A stretch of 64,000 nucleotides of DNA. Origin: an uncultured delta proteobacterium. GTDB taxonomy: Bacteria > Myxococcota > Myxococcia > Myxococcales > Myxococcaceae. The notes under the pieces were generated by a model that was not told the origin of the DNA, ran no database searches, and saw only the letters and a list, made by a program, of their open reading frames with translations. Below, one piece after another: positions 23,526-34,024 of the stretch. The first letter of the stretch is position 1. Each line of letters starts with the position of its first letter. The translations under genes and the position numbers were made by a program. Location of the stretch: contig CAVYSY010000008.1 in assembly GCA_963771175.1 (NCBI GenBank), positions 32,001 through 96,000 of the forward strand, in the 5' to 3' direction.

Positions 23526-23634
23526 TGTCAGACCCCACGTGTAGAACGGAGGCTGGCGGTCGACGGAGGAACCGCGGGCCCCGGCGCCGGGAGACGCTGG
23601 GGCCCGCGGGAATGTCAGACCCTCCGTCTATACC
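23526..23634 (+). promoter_or_regulatory. Two TGTCAG-N10-TA promoter-like elements
   Basis: TGTCAG accccacgtg TAGAAC at 23526-23547 and TGTCAG accctccgtc TATACC at 23613-23634. Confidence 0.45.
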
Positions 23635-23927
23635 GAAGAGTGTCGGCGCGACGAGGCGCCGCGGGTTCCGGCGGTCCCTGGGAAGGCCACTGGAGCCTAC
23701 ATCGCAGTAGGGCTGCACTTCCGCCAACCACCCTGTGGGTGCGAGGCGGCGGGGGCGGCGCGTCCGGATCCCCTCCCCGGGCGCGCCGCCTCATCTTTTT
23801 CCAGCTCCCGGGAGTCCACCCCCCGCGGGAGGGCCCGCTGATGGACGCGCCCCCCTTTCACCTTGAGTCCTACCCGAGTTCCCCGACTACGCTTGGAGCA
23901 CAAACCACGAGCGCCGGAGAGGAGCGG

Positions 23928-24766
23928 ATGGAGCGAGCAGCGAGCGACACGGAGAAGCGTCGGCGCGCGCGGTTGCCATGGCTGTTGCTGGCGGGCACGG
24001 TGGGTGTCTCGGCACTGGGCGGGTGGCTGGCGTGGCGCTCCATCTCCTCGCTGCTGACGCGGGTGGAGCAATTGGAGCGCGCGGGCAACGAGTCCGAGGC
24101 GCGAGTCGCCGAGCTGCAGGTACTGCGCGACAGCATGGCGCGGCGGCTGCGCCAGATGGAACAGCAGCAACAGGGAATGACGGCGGCGCTCGGCCGCCGC
24201 GTCAGCGAGCAGGGCCCGCTTCTCGCGAGGCGCGAGGTGGCGCGGGCGGAGCTGGAGAAGCTGCTGAAGGGGGAGCTGGAGAGGGGCGAGGCCTTCCTGG
24301 AGGAGTCGGACGGGCGGCTGCGGGTGGAGCTGGCGGACCGGCTCCTCTTCGAGCCGCGCAAGGCGGCGCTGACGCCCGGGGGCGCGCAGTTGCTGACGCG
24401 GGTGGGTGCGAAGCTGGCGGGGGTGGAGGGACACCTCGTGCAGGTAGCGGCGCACACGGACGCGGTGCAGGAGGCGCCAGAGACGACCGCCCCGCCGACG
24501 AGCTGGGAGCTGTCGGCGGCGCGCGCGGTGACGGTGGTGCGCCACCTCGGGGAGAAGGCGAGATTCTCTCCGGCGAAGCTGGTGGCGGCGGGCTACGGGC
24601 CCCACCACCCGGTGGTGGTGGATGATGGGCCGCTGGCCCGGGAGCGCAACCGGAGGCTGGAGCTGCAGCTCATGCCCGCGCCGGTGCCGCAGGCCAACCC
24701 CCACCCCCACCGCCGGCCCCCGCGGACCAGCGGCTGGCGAAGAAGCGCCCCGGCAACGCGCGCTGA
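23928..24766 (+). CDS. OmpA/MotB-family peptidoglycan-binding membrane protein (C-terminal frameshift likely)
   Basis: Single TM, coiled coil, LLFEP, AAHTD, WELSAARA, GYGPHHP, RNRRLEL. Confidence 0.85.
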
Positions 24767-24862
24767 CCGCCGGGAAAATCCCTTGAATAAACACGACCAG
24801 GCAGCCGTCCGAGCGCTCCGTCACCTCTCGCTGCCCCTTCTTGTTCCCAGGAGGAGTTCCCC

Positions 24863-25761
24863 GTGTCCACCCTCAGGCACCTCGTGTGCGCTTCGCTGGC
24901 GACTGGCCTGTTCCTCACCACTGGCACGGCAGAGGCCCGCTTCGGTAAGCGCTCCGACTCCAGCTCCAGCGACGAGAAGGAGGAGAAAGCGCGAGGAGCG
25001 CAAGCACGAGGCCTCGCCCGTGAGCAGCAGCTCCAGTTCCAGCAGCAGCAGCTCCAGCCGCCACGAAGCGACGCCGGTGGGTGGGAGCAGCAGCGACTCG
25101 AGCGACGCCGACGAGGATGACAACTCCGGCTACGCCACCTCGTACAACGGCTCCAGCAGCGTGACCGTCGTCCGGTGTCCGATGACCACCACCGCCGATG
25201 TACGCCTACTGGCACAGCGGCTCGATGGGCGAACCGCGCGCCGAGCCCGGTGCTGGTGCGGATGGGTCTGACGGGGCAGGCGATGGGAGACGGCAGCGCG
25301 CTGGGGCTGGACCTGGGCTTCGAGGGGATGCGGTGGGGCGTGGACGGACGCGCTGACGGCGATGACGCTGCCGACGGATGACGGCACCGCGGGCGAGGAC
25401 AAGATCGGCCTCTACTCGGCGCACCTGACGTACGCGCTGTACTCCAGCGACCGCGGGCGGCTGCGGCGGAGGCGGGTGTGGCCGTGGCGGCCGCGCCGGA
25501 CGTCACCTTCATGGGCCCGAGCATCGCCATGTCCTTCGAGCGCTGCCTCTTCGGCGGACTGGACCTGGAAGGCCGCGGCACCTCGTGGTGGTGCCGTACA
25601 CGCAGCTCGATGCGCAGGCGGGGCTCGGGCTGCACCTGGGCATCCTCACCCTGCGCACGGGCTGGCGGTGGCTGCTCCTCAACGACCGCGGCCTCGTCGA
25701 TGGCGAGGCGCACCAGGACGTCTTCGCCGGGCCCTACGCGGGCCTCGGTCTCAACTTCTAG
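24863..25761 (+). CDS. Secreted hypothetical protein with Ser-rich N-terminus and beta-barrel-like C-terminus (several frameshifts)
   Basis: Signal peptide ending AEA-RFGKRS; C-term HQDVFAGPYAGLGLNF*. Confidence 0.55.
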
Positions 25762-25830
25762 GCGGCCACGTCGCCCCCTCCCCGCTCCCCCTGTCCGCGG
25801 GAAAGGGCGAGGGGACCGGGCCCCCCGGGC

Positions 25831-26511
25831 TCATTTTCCCGACATTCCCTCGGAGGCGGCCTCCATCCCCATGGGAGTCGGCGCCTCCTCGGCGGACTCC
25901 GCCTTCTTGCCCCGGCGCTTGGGCGGCGGAGCGAGCTTCGGCGCCGAGCCGAACAGCCGCTCGTAGGTCTCCGGGGTGTTGATGTTGACGACGACCCCCG
26001 GGTCCTTCACCGGGACGCGGCGCACCTGCACCGCCTTCAGCGCCCCCTCGAGCTGCGCCTCACCCGACTCCAGCAGGCTCTCGGCGACGCCGCGCGAGAG
26101 GATGATGGGGTAGCCGGCGGCCCCGTCGAACTCGGGGCGCATGGCCTCCAGGGAGTCCCCCATCGACTTGAGGAGGGACTTGAGCGTGGAGGCCCGCAGG
26201 GCGGGCATGTCCACCGGGTGGAGCAGCACCACGTCCGCGCCCTCGTCGAACGCCGCCTCCAGCCCGGCCTTCACCGAGCTGAGCTGCCCCTCCTGCCAGT
26301 GCTCGCTCTCCACCAGATTGACGGCGGGGTGCTGGTCCTTCACGGCCTGGGCGTCCTTCCCCACGACCCCGATGACCGCGCACCCTGCCTTGCCGAACGT
26401 CGACGCGAGCGACTGCAGGAAGCTCTTGCCCCCCTCGTGCTCGATGAGCGCCTTGGGATGGCCCATCCGCCTGGCCTCGCCCGCGGCGAGGATGATTGCC
26501 ACTGCCTTCAT
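25831..26511 (-). CDS. MobA/MocA-like nucleotidyltransferase
   Basis: AIILAAGEARRMGHPKAL, GQLSSVKAGL, HPVDMP, NINTPETY. Confidence 0.88.
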   Translation of the reverse strand: MKAVAIILAAGEARRMGHPKALIEHEGGKSFLQSLASTFGKAGCAVIGVVGKDAQAVKDQHPAVNLVESEHWQEGQLSSVKAGLEAAFDEGADVVLLHPVDMPALRASTLKSLLKSMGDSLEAMRPEFDGAAGYPIILSRGVAESLLESGEAQLEGALKAVQVRRVPVKDPGVVVNINTPETYERLFGSAPKLAPPPKRRGKKAESAEEAPTPMGMEAASEGMSGK

Positions 26512-26718
26512 GCCACGCCTCCTCGGCCCCCACCGTTTGGCGTGGGGGCGACCGGCTACAAGCTGACCAGCGTGGAGCGAGCTGGCCGCGCACTGGAGGG
26601 CAGGTCGTTGGGAACACGGCACTTGGAAGCAGCCAGGTGTCCGCCATTCACGAAAGTGCGACCCGCTTCCGCCCATGAGCGAACTTCCGGCCCCCATCAC
26701 CCACCCTCTGAAACGACG

Positions 26719-27010
26719 CTAGTGCACCCAATTGGAGCGGGAGCCCTGACCACCCGGGACGAAAACGAGCCGCGCGGGCCGCTCGTCTGAAATTCCTTCC
26801 GAGGCCATGGCCGCGCGGGCAGTCAGAATTTCAGACATGCGGACCAGCGGGAGCGTGTACCAGATGCGGGACGAGCTCCTCCTCCGCCACGTGGCCGAGC
26901 ACATCTCCGTGTCGCTCATCCACCACTGGCAGCAGGTGGACGCCGTAACGGTGCATCACCTCCAGCGCGCGCAGCACGGTGTCGCGCGGATAGAGGATGA
27001 TGTCAGGCAT
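26719..27010 (-). CDS. Small CBS-domain protein (frameshift near 26875)
   Basis: LYPRDTVLRALEVMHRYGVHLLPVVDERHGDVLGHV. Confidence 0.65.
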
Positions 27011-27182
27011 TGCAACGACTTGGGTCTCTACCGTGCGGCGCGTCAAGGATACCTCCAGGAAGGAAGCCCGTCTGGCCCCTGCTCGGGCCCTAGCAATCCC
27101 CCTGCCGTCCCCTCGAGGGTCCCCCACGCAACTTTTGGAAGGGATGGAGGATAATGGAGGGAGCATTGCCCGGAGCCCCCCC

Positions 27183-29207
27183 ATGTCCGTGAAGTCCACC
27201 ACCTCGTCCACCTCGTCCATCACCCGACGCCAGCCGGATGCGCTCGCCCCGCAGAAGCCCGCGACGTCCTCCAATCCACTGGAGAAGGTGGGCCAGGCGC
27301 TGCAGAACGCGGCCAAGGGCGTCGCCCAGCACGTCAACCGCGCGGTGGACGTCTTCGAGGCGAAGCTGCCCTCGCTGCCGCGGCCCGCGGGAAAGAAGCC
27401 CTGGGAGGGCATCACCCTCACCGGCAACCCGCTCAAGATTCCGCTCGACGCGCTCAAGAAGGTGGACCTGGGCGACGTCCGCAAGGTGCTCGAGCGCGTC
27501 TTCCCGCCGAAGATTCACGACGAGCAGGGCAAGCAGCTCGTCACCCAGACGCAGGACTTCCGCGACACGCTGGGCAAGGTGCGCTCGCTGTCGGCGGAGC
27601 TGGAGATGCTGCCCGCCTCCCACCCGCGCCGCGCCGAGGTGAAGAAGGCGCTGGAGGCGGCCGAGGGCAAGCTGACGGCGGACTACGGCTACACGCGCAC
27701 CACCGCCCCCAAGCCGGGCGCGATGTGGATAGACCCGCAGTTCGCCGCCAAGGAGCTGCCGGGCGGGAAGCTGAACGCGAGCCACTTCCCCACGGGCACG
27801 CCGGTGACGAAGCCGCCGGCGCCCATGGACTTCCTCTTCGGCAACGGGCCGCGCGAGCTGACGCTGGGCGAGGGGCCCTCGGCCCGCACGGTGCACACCG
27901 CCGAGGAGTACAAGGCGGCGGTGGCGGCCCGGCGCGCCGAGCTGGGCATGCCGGTGAAGGACGGTGAGCCCCAGGGCGTTCACCTGAGCCTCCAGGGTGG
28001 CGGCGGCAAGGGCAAGCGCTACGCCGCCATGGTCGCGGAGATGTATGACCTGGGCGTGGTGCCCACGAGCCTGAGCGGCACCTCGGCGGGCTCCATCGCC
28101 GCGGCGTTCGCGGCCACGGGCGCGGGCCCCGCGGAGCTCCAGGCGCTGGCGAAGGACCCCCGGTTGAGCAACCTCTACGACTGGGACCTGGACATGAAGG
28201 ACGGAGGCATCCTCAACGGCCAGCAGGCCTTCGACCTCGTCGACCAGGAGCTGCGGCGGATGACGGGGATTACGGACCGTCCGGTGACCTTCGCGGACCT
28301 GAAGGTGCCGCTGCAGCTCATCGCCGCCAAGAGCTACGACAGCGCGGCGGGTCCGGACGGGGGGACCTCGGCCAAGGACCGCATCTTCGTCTTCAGCCAG
28401 GAGACGACGCCGGATACGCCGGTGGCGCTGGCGGTGCGCGCCTCCATGGCGATTCCGGGCGTCTTCGAGCCGGTGCAGGTGGTGGACCCGGCCACGGGCC
28501 GCCGGATGCACCTGGTGGACGGGGGCGCGCTGGACAACCTGCCCATGGGCTACAACAAGAACGACCTGCCCCAGATTGGCGCGTCGCTCTACTCCCGCGC
28601 CTCGGGCCACCCGGCGGACCACCGCGACACGACGAAGCCGCTGCCCTCGGGAAACCTGGACTCGACCAACGTCCTCTGGAACGCCCTCAACGGCTACACG
28701 CTGATGAAGGACTCGGGGTCGGACTACAACGACTACATCGACCGGACGCAGCCCAAGGCCAACCAGTACATGCTGTCGCTGCCCACCTGGGACCTGACGG
28801 ACCCGACCAAGAGCAACAGCACGCTGGGCTTCGGCTACGACGCGAAGGTGGACCCCGCGCTGGACGGGCAGTCGCGCCAGGTGACGCGCGACTTCCTGCG
28901 CAACTTCCTCGACGACCTGCGCGTGCCGGGCTCGCGGGGCACGAACTACACGGCGCAGGTGCCCCAGAACATCCACTTCGACCTGCCGGTGGTGGCCAAG
29001 GGCCAGCAGTACCAGGTGAGCTACGCGGGCGGTGACAACCTCATCGTCACCTCCAAGGAAGGCGGCCATCGCAGCGTGCTGCCGGTGGGCAAGCAGCGCA
29101 TCGAGGCGATGTACATGGACAACCAGACCTTCGGAGACCTGCCGGCGCAACTGGCCTACACCATCACGAACCCGCGGAGCGTGAAGCCGAGCTGGCTGCC
29201 CTTCTGA
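27183..29207 (+). CDS. Patatin-like phospholipase with long N-terminal extension
   Basis: GGGGKG, GTSAG, RASMAIPGVF, DGG. Confidence 0.9.
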   Translation: MSVKSTTSSTSSITRRQPDALAPQKPATSSNPLEKVGQALQNAAKGVAQHVNRAVDVFEAKLPSLPRPAGKKPWEGITLTGNPLKIPLDALKKVDLGDVRKVLERVFPPKIHDEQGKQLVTQTQDFRDTLGKVRSLSAELEMLPASHPRRAEVKKALEAAEGKLTADYGYTRTTAPKPGAMWIDPQFAAKELPGGKLNASHFPTGTPVTKPPAPMDFLFGNGPRELTLGEGPSARTVHTAEEYKAAVAARRAELGMPVKDGEPQGVHLSLQGGGGKGKRYAAMVAEMYDLGVVPTSLSGTSAGSIAAAFAATGAGPAELQALAKDPRLSNLYDWDLDMKDGGILNGQQAFDLVDQELRRMTGITDRPVTFADLKVPLQLIAAKSYDSAAGPDGGTSAKDRIFVFSQETTPDTPVALAVRASMAIPGVFEPVQVVDPATGRRMHLVDGGALDNLPMGYNKNDLPQIGASLYSRASGHPADHRDTTKPLPSGNLDSTNVLWNALNGYTLMKDSGSDYNDYIDRTQPKANQYMLSLPTWDLTDPTKSNSTLGFGYDAKVDPALDGQSRQVTRDFLRNFLDDLRVPGSRGTNYTAQVPQNIHFDLPVVAKGQQYQVSYAGGDNLIVTSKEGGHRSVLPVGKQRIEAMYMDNQTFGDLPAQLAYTITNPRSVKPSWLPF

Positions 29208-29216
29208 AAAGGCAGA

Positions 29217-29245
29217 GGGCCGCCCCGGTGCATCCGGGACGGCCC
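29217..29245. terminator. Hairpin between convergent patatin and Hint-1 genes
   Basis: GGGCCGcCCCGG tgcat CCGGGaCGGCCC. Confidence 0.5.
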
Positions 29246-29279
29246 CCTCGAGGCCCCTCCGTGACTCGGGGCGGGCGCG

Positions 29280-31297
29280 CTAGCGCCGGGCGCTCTTCTG
29301 CCGGGCCTGGTGCCGGCGGAAGTCCTCATGCCAGGCGCCGTTGAGCTTCGTCAGCACCTCGCGCGTGTCCCGCACCTGCTGCTTCTCCAGCGTGAGCTGC
29401 GTCTGGCTGTCGCCCACCAGGAAGCCATTGGCATACAGCGTCCGCGCCTCGGGCCCGGCCTTGGCCAGCTCCTCCGGCGTGCCCAGCGCGAAGTTGAACA
29501 CCTCATCGTTGTAGGGCACGCGCTCCACGCCCACCAGCTTCGTCGCCCCGGCGCGCGTCAGCAGGACCTCGCCCACCTTCAGCTCGCCGGCCTGCACCAC
29601 GCCGCGCTTCGCCGTCACCATCGGGTGGGTGCCCGTCACCATCACCTCGGCGCCCTTCTCATCCCGCAGCTTCACCACCGGCTTGCTCTCGCCGCCGCGC
29701 GACACCGTCGTCACCGTGAGCGCCAGGCCGTTGCCATTGGCCAGCAGCTTGTCGCCCACCTTCACCTGCTCCACCGGCACCGACTGGCCATCCGCCTTCA
29801 CCACCTGCGTCCCCTTCGCCAGACAGGAGTTGCGCCAGTCGAGGGTCTGGACGGACGTGGTGCGCGTGTTGATGCCCGACTGGGTTGCCTGGGGCGAGGT
29901 CGCGCCGAGCACGATGCAAGTGGACTTCACCGTGGAGCGCACGACGAGCTTCGTGTTCTGGAGGGTGCTCAGGCAGTCCTTGCCGAAGTCCACCAGCCCG
30001 TCGAAGGGGAACTCCATGATGTTGTTGTCGTAGAGGTCCCGGGCGTACGGCTTGAGCGGCAGGGCGCTGTGCGCCACGACCGTGCCCGGCACCCGGTGCC
30101 ACCGGCACACTTGCCACCCGTCTCCAGGAGGATGAGGGCCACGTCGCTGTCCTGGGCGTCCACCCGGCACCAGGTCTTCAGCGAGAGCCGATGCTTGCCG
30201 CGCATGGCCAGGTAGAGGTGGCTCTGGTCATAGACACCGCTCGCGGGCTCCCAGTAGTCCCCCCGCTTGGGGACCCAGGAGCCGGAGGGCGGCCGGGACA
30301 ATTCGGCATCCACCGCGCCAATGCCGGTGAAGGGCTTGGCGAACGGGCGGAAGTCCCCCGTGACGGGGTCCTTGCTGCCCGAGGCGTAATCACAATCCAT
30401 GGCGCCCAGGAGGCTGCCGCGCTCCAGGCAGGTGCGGATGGGATTGTCCGTGAGGTGCTTGCCGATCTGCTCACGGGGGTGGGCGAAGAGGATGGTGTTG
30501 GTGAAGGGCGTGGGCGAGGGCTGCGCCCCCAACGAGCCGAGCGAGGACTCGGCCACGGTGTAGGAGATGTGCGACTCGCCCGTGGCCTCGTTGAAGGCCA
30601 TGGACACCGAGTCCACGAAGAAGACCTCATCGGAGTTGGCCTGCATGCCGAGGTCGAGCGTCGGCGTCTCCAGCACCTTGCCCGCGTACTCCTCGTAGGA
30701 CTCGGTCCCCAGCACGCGGAAGCGCTGGCGCGTCGCATCGGTGGCGAAGGCGGTGACGTCGACGTAGCCGTAGTCCGAGCCGTTGAAGCAGGTGACGAGG
30801 CCCGAGGCCTGGAACTTCACCTCGGTGGAGTCGGGGCTGACCGCGTCCGCGAGCGGCAACAGGTGGCCGCACCACGGATTCTCCCGGGTCTCCGTCGAGG
30901 TGAGCGTGTCCTTACGGGTCTGCACGCCCGGGACTCCGGCCTTCTTGTCCTTGCGCAGCTTGTCGAGGCGGCGGAAGAGCTGCGGCGAGTTCTCCGGGGT
31001 GCTACCCGAGGCCTGGAGCCGGTTCTTCACGAAGCGGAACTGCGCCTCGTCGGAGAGGTCCACGGGCATCTCCCGGCTCACCCGGGGCTTGTTGGAGTCC
31101 CGCGCCTGGGCACTGACCTGCTGATCCCACTGCGAATAGAGCTGGGCCATGTGGAGCGAGTCCTCGGCCAGGATCTCCTTGTCCACCTGCTGCGGCGCCT
31201 TCTGCTGGGCACAGCCCGCACCGAGCACCGTCAGGAATGTGAGAGCCGGGACGAGACGCTTGAGCATCCGGGGGGAGCCATTCAACGACAGCTTCAT
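29280..31297 (-). CDS. Lipoprotein with C-terminal Hint domain, copy 1 (frameshift near 30100)
   Basis: Lipobox GAGC; Hint block A CLAKGTQV, block B VTGTHPM, VFNF, block G LYANGFLVGD. Confidence 0.85.
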
Positions 31298-31654
31298 GGG
31301 GTTCACCTCAGGGGATGACAACGACAGACAATTCCTCTCGAACGACTGGGAGGGAGACCTACAGGGTGAGCAGATGTGGAGTACAGGTAGGAGAGGGGGT
31401 CAATCGCTCCTCTTGCAGGTTCGCTCAGCAACGTGGGGATGCCTCGCCGGATGATGAAGACAGGCGGAGAAAAGCTTTTTCCTGCCTGTCCAAACACAGA
31501 CACAGTCTGGGGACCCCCCGCGAACAGCGAACAATCCCGTGTGCCTCCCGGGGAGGGCACCCGGCCGGCCGAGCGGATGCCCCTGCACGCCCTCCCGCCC
31601 TGCGCGTGAGTGTTCTGCCTCGGCGCACCCTCGGAGAGCGGCCCCTGGAAAAGC

Positions 31655-31690
31655 GGAGGGGCCGCCCCGGTCACCCGAGACGGCCCCTCG
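31655..31690. terminator. Hairpin downstream of Hint-2, homologous to the one downstream of Hint-1
   Basis: GAGGGGCCGcCcCGG tcac CCGaGaCGGCCCCTC. Confidence 0.5.
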
Positions 31691-31730
31691 AGACGCTCGG
31701 CGATTCAGGGCAGGCGAGCCCGGCTCGCGC

Positions 31731-33704
31731 CTACTTCCTCGCCTGGCGCCGCTGGGACTGGCGGTAGTCCTCGTGCCAGGCGCCGTGGAGCTTCGCCAGC
31801 ACCTCGCGAGCGTCCACCTTCCGCGCCTTCTCCAGCGCCGTCTGCGCCTGGCCGTCTCCCACCAGGAAGCCGTCGGCGAACATCGTCCGCGCCTCGGGCC
31901 CCGCCTTGGCCAGCTCCTCCGGCGTACCCAGCAGGAAGTTGTAGACGGGCCCCTGGTAGGGGATGCGCTCCACCGCCACCAGCTTCGTCGCCCCGGTGCG
32001 CGTCAGCACGGCCTCGCCCACCTTCAGCTCGCTGGCCTGCACCATGCCACGCTTCACCGTCACCATCGGGTGGGTCGCCGTCACCCGCACCTCGTGGCCC
32101 TGGTCGTCCCGCAGCTTCACCAGCGCCTCGCTCTCACCGCCGCGCGACACCGCCGTCACCGTGAGCGCCTGGCCGTTGCCATTGGCCAGCAGCTTGTCCC
32201 CCACCTTCACCTGCTCCACCACCTCGTGCGTGCCATCCGCCTTCACCACCCGCGTCCCCTCGGCCATGCACAGCCGCGTGTAGTCGATGGGCTTCACCTC
32301 TTTCTTCGCCGGGCAGCGGAAGGGCTCACTCTTCGTGGGGTCGTCGGGGAAGTAGGGGTCCTTGCACGTGCCCTCGGCGTAGACCCACATCTCCAGCCGG
32401 ACGTTCTGCGAGTTGGCCACGCAGGTACCCTTGCCAAAGTCCAGGATGCCATTGAAGGGGAACTCCTGGTCCCCGATGGGCAACGTCCAGGGGAGCTCCC
32501 CCTTGCCGACCACGGTGCCACTGGTGGTGCCCTCCTCGCACCAGCCTCCCGAGTCCATCAGGATGGCCACCACCTTGCTCGTCACGGTCTCCACCTGACA
32601 ATCCTCCAGCACATGGGGCTTGAACACCCCGCGCGTGGGCACCTGGAAGCGCGTCACGTCGAAGGGCGGCACGGCCGGCTCCCAGTACGCCGTCTTGTCG
32701 GCGATCCACGTGAACGTGCCGCCGCCCGAGGTGGTGGCGTTCGTGGCGGCCACGTCCACCGCCGCGATGCCCGTGCTGCCCGTGAAGACGAAGGGAGTGA
32801 GCGTCCCATCCGGATTGGCCCGCACCGAGGCGTAATCACAGTCCGAGGAGCCGTGGAGGAACCCGCGCTCGAGGCAGATGCGGATGGGCTTGTCGTACTG
32901 AACCGGGACCAGCAGGTCCCTCGGGTGCTCGAGGACGATCTCCCCATCACCCGAGCTTGCGTGCAGCGAGGCACTCACCGAGGCATAGGTGATGTACTCC
33001 CGGCCTGTCACCTCGTCGAAGGCCAAGGCCAGCGAGTCGACGAGGAGCGCCTTGTCGGCCGCCCGCGGCAGGGAGATGTTCATGGGCGCCGTCTCCAGCA
33101 CCTTGCCGGCGTACTCCTCGTAGGACAGGCTGGTGAGCAGCGTGAAGGTCGTCTGCTCCTTGTTGGTGACGTAGGCCGTGAGGTCCACGAAGCCGTAGTC
33201 CGCGCCGTTGAAGCAGGAGGTCAGGCCCGTGCCCTCGAAGCGCGCCTGGGTCGCGTCACTGCCCTTGCCTCCGAGGAAGATCATGTGCCCGCACCACGTC
33301 TCGTCGGTCACCGACAGGGCGGACCGGGTCAGCTTCTCCAGGGGACGCTCCTCCGGCCGGAGCTGGATGTCCCGCAGGCGAGCGAAGAGCTGGGGGGCGT
33401 TCAGGGCGTTGAGCCCCGCGGCATGGAGCCGGTTCATCACGAAGCGGTGCTGCACCTTGTCGGAGAGGTCCAGCGGCATCTGATGGTTGACCCCCTTCTT
33501 CCGCACCTGCGAGCTGAGCGACTGCCGCCACTGCTCGTAGAGCAGGGTCATGGTGCGCGAGTCCTCGGCCAGGAGCTGTTTGTCCACCTGCTCGGCGGGA
33601 GGAGGTTGTCGCTGCTGACTGCACCCCGCGCCGAGCGCGGCCAGCAGCATCAGGGTGAGGAGGGGCAACGGGGACCGTGGGCCTGTCTTGGCGAGACTTC
33701 TCAT
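31731..33704 (-). CDS. Lipoprotein with C-terminal Hint domain, copy 2
   Basis: Lipobox GAGC; CMAEGTRV, VTATHPM, VYNF, MFADGFLVGD; intact 657 aa. Confidence 0.9.
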   Translation of the reverse strand: MRSLAKTGPRSPLPLLTLMLLAALGAGCSQQRQPPPAEQVDKQLLAEDSRTMTLLYEQWRQSLSSQVRKKGVNHQMPLDLSDKVQHRFVMNRLHAAGLNALNAPQLFARLRDIQLRPEERPLEKLTRSALSVTDETWCGHMIFLGGKGSDATQARFEGTGLTSCFNGADYGFVDLTAYVTNKEQTTFTLLTSLSYEEYAGKVLETAPMNISLPRAADKALLVDSLALAFDEVTGREYITYASVSASLHASSGDGEIVLEHPRDLLVPVQYDKPIRICLERGFLHGSSDCDYASVRANPDGTLTPFVFTGSTGIAAVDVAATNATTSGGGTFTWIADKTAYWEPAVPPFDVTRFQVPTRGVFKPHVLEDCQVETVTSKVVAILMDSGGWCEEGTTSGTVVGKGELPWTLPIGDQEFPFNGILDFGKGTCVANSQNVRLEMWVYAEGTCKDPYFPDDPTKSEPFRCPAKKEVKPIDYTRLCMAEGTRVVKADGTHEVVEQVKVGDKLLANGNGQALTVTAVSRGGESEALVKLRDDQGHEVRVTATHPMVTVKRGMVQASELKVGEAVLTRTGATKLVAVERIPYQGPVYNFLLGTPEELAKAGPEARTMFADGFLVGDGQAQTALEKARKVDAREVLAKLHGAWHEDYRQSQRRQARK

Positions 33705-34024
33705 GGCTCATTCCATCCGAAGCAAGGGGCTGAAGACGCAGCTCTCCGAATCCAGGGAGAGGAGGAGCCCTGGTGGCGCGTTCACTCGTGGGTTGCGAAG
33801 TGGTGGGTCGGAATGCACACGCCCAGGCTCACCTCCACATTGTGTCCGCCGGGTACATTGTGCAGTGGGAACGCAACTGCTTGTGAATCGCCCAACACCC
33901 GAGCCGGAGCCGCCGTCAGCCGCTCGACGTTCAAGGGTGACCTTGGATGGATGCGGCCCTCCACTCCTGAGCGAGGGCCGCAATCCCTCTCAATCCATCA
34001 GAGGTTGAGTGAGAAAACTTTTTC

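Noticed and set aside
23928..24766. Flagellar motB
   Set aside because: No motA partner and no conserved TM Asp; generic OmpA/MotB domain
22818..25271. 817-aa plus-strand ORF
   Set aside because: Concatenation of HAD antisense, intergenic DNA, the OmpA/MotB gene and part of the next gene
29280..33704. Classical inteins or mobile homing elements
   Set aside because: No endonuclease, no terminal His-Asn, no conserved host protein interrupted
33837..33862. ACATTGTG direct repeat upstream of Hint-2
   Set aside because: Only two 8-mers, and not seen upstream of Hint-1; too weak to call an operator
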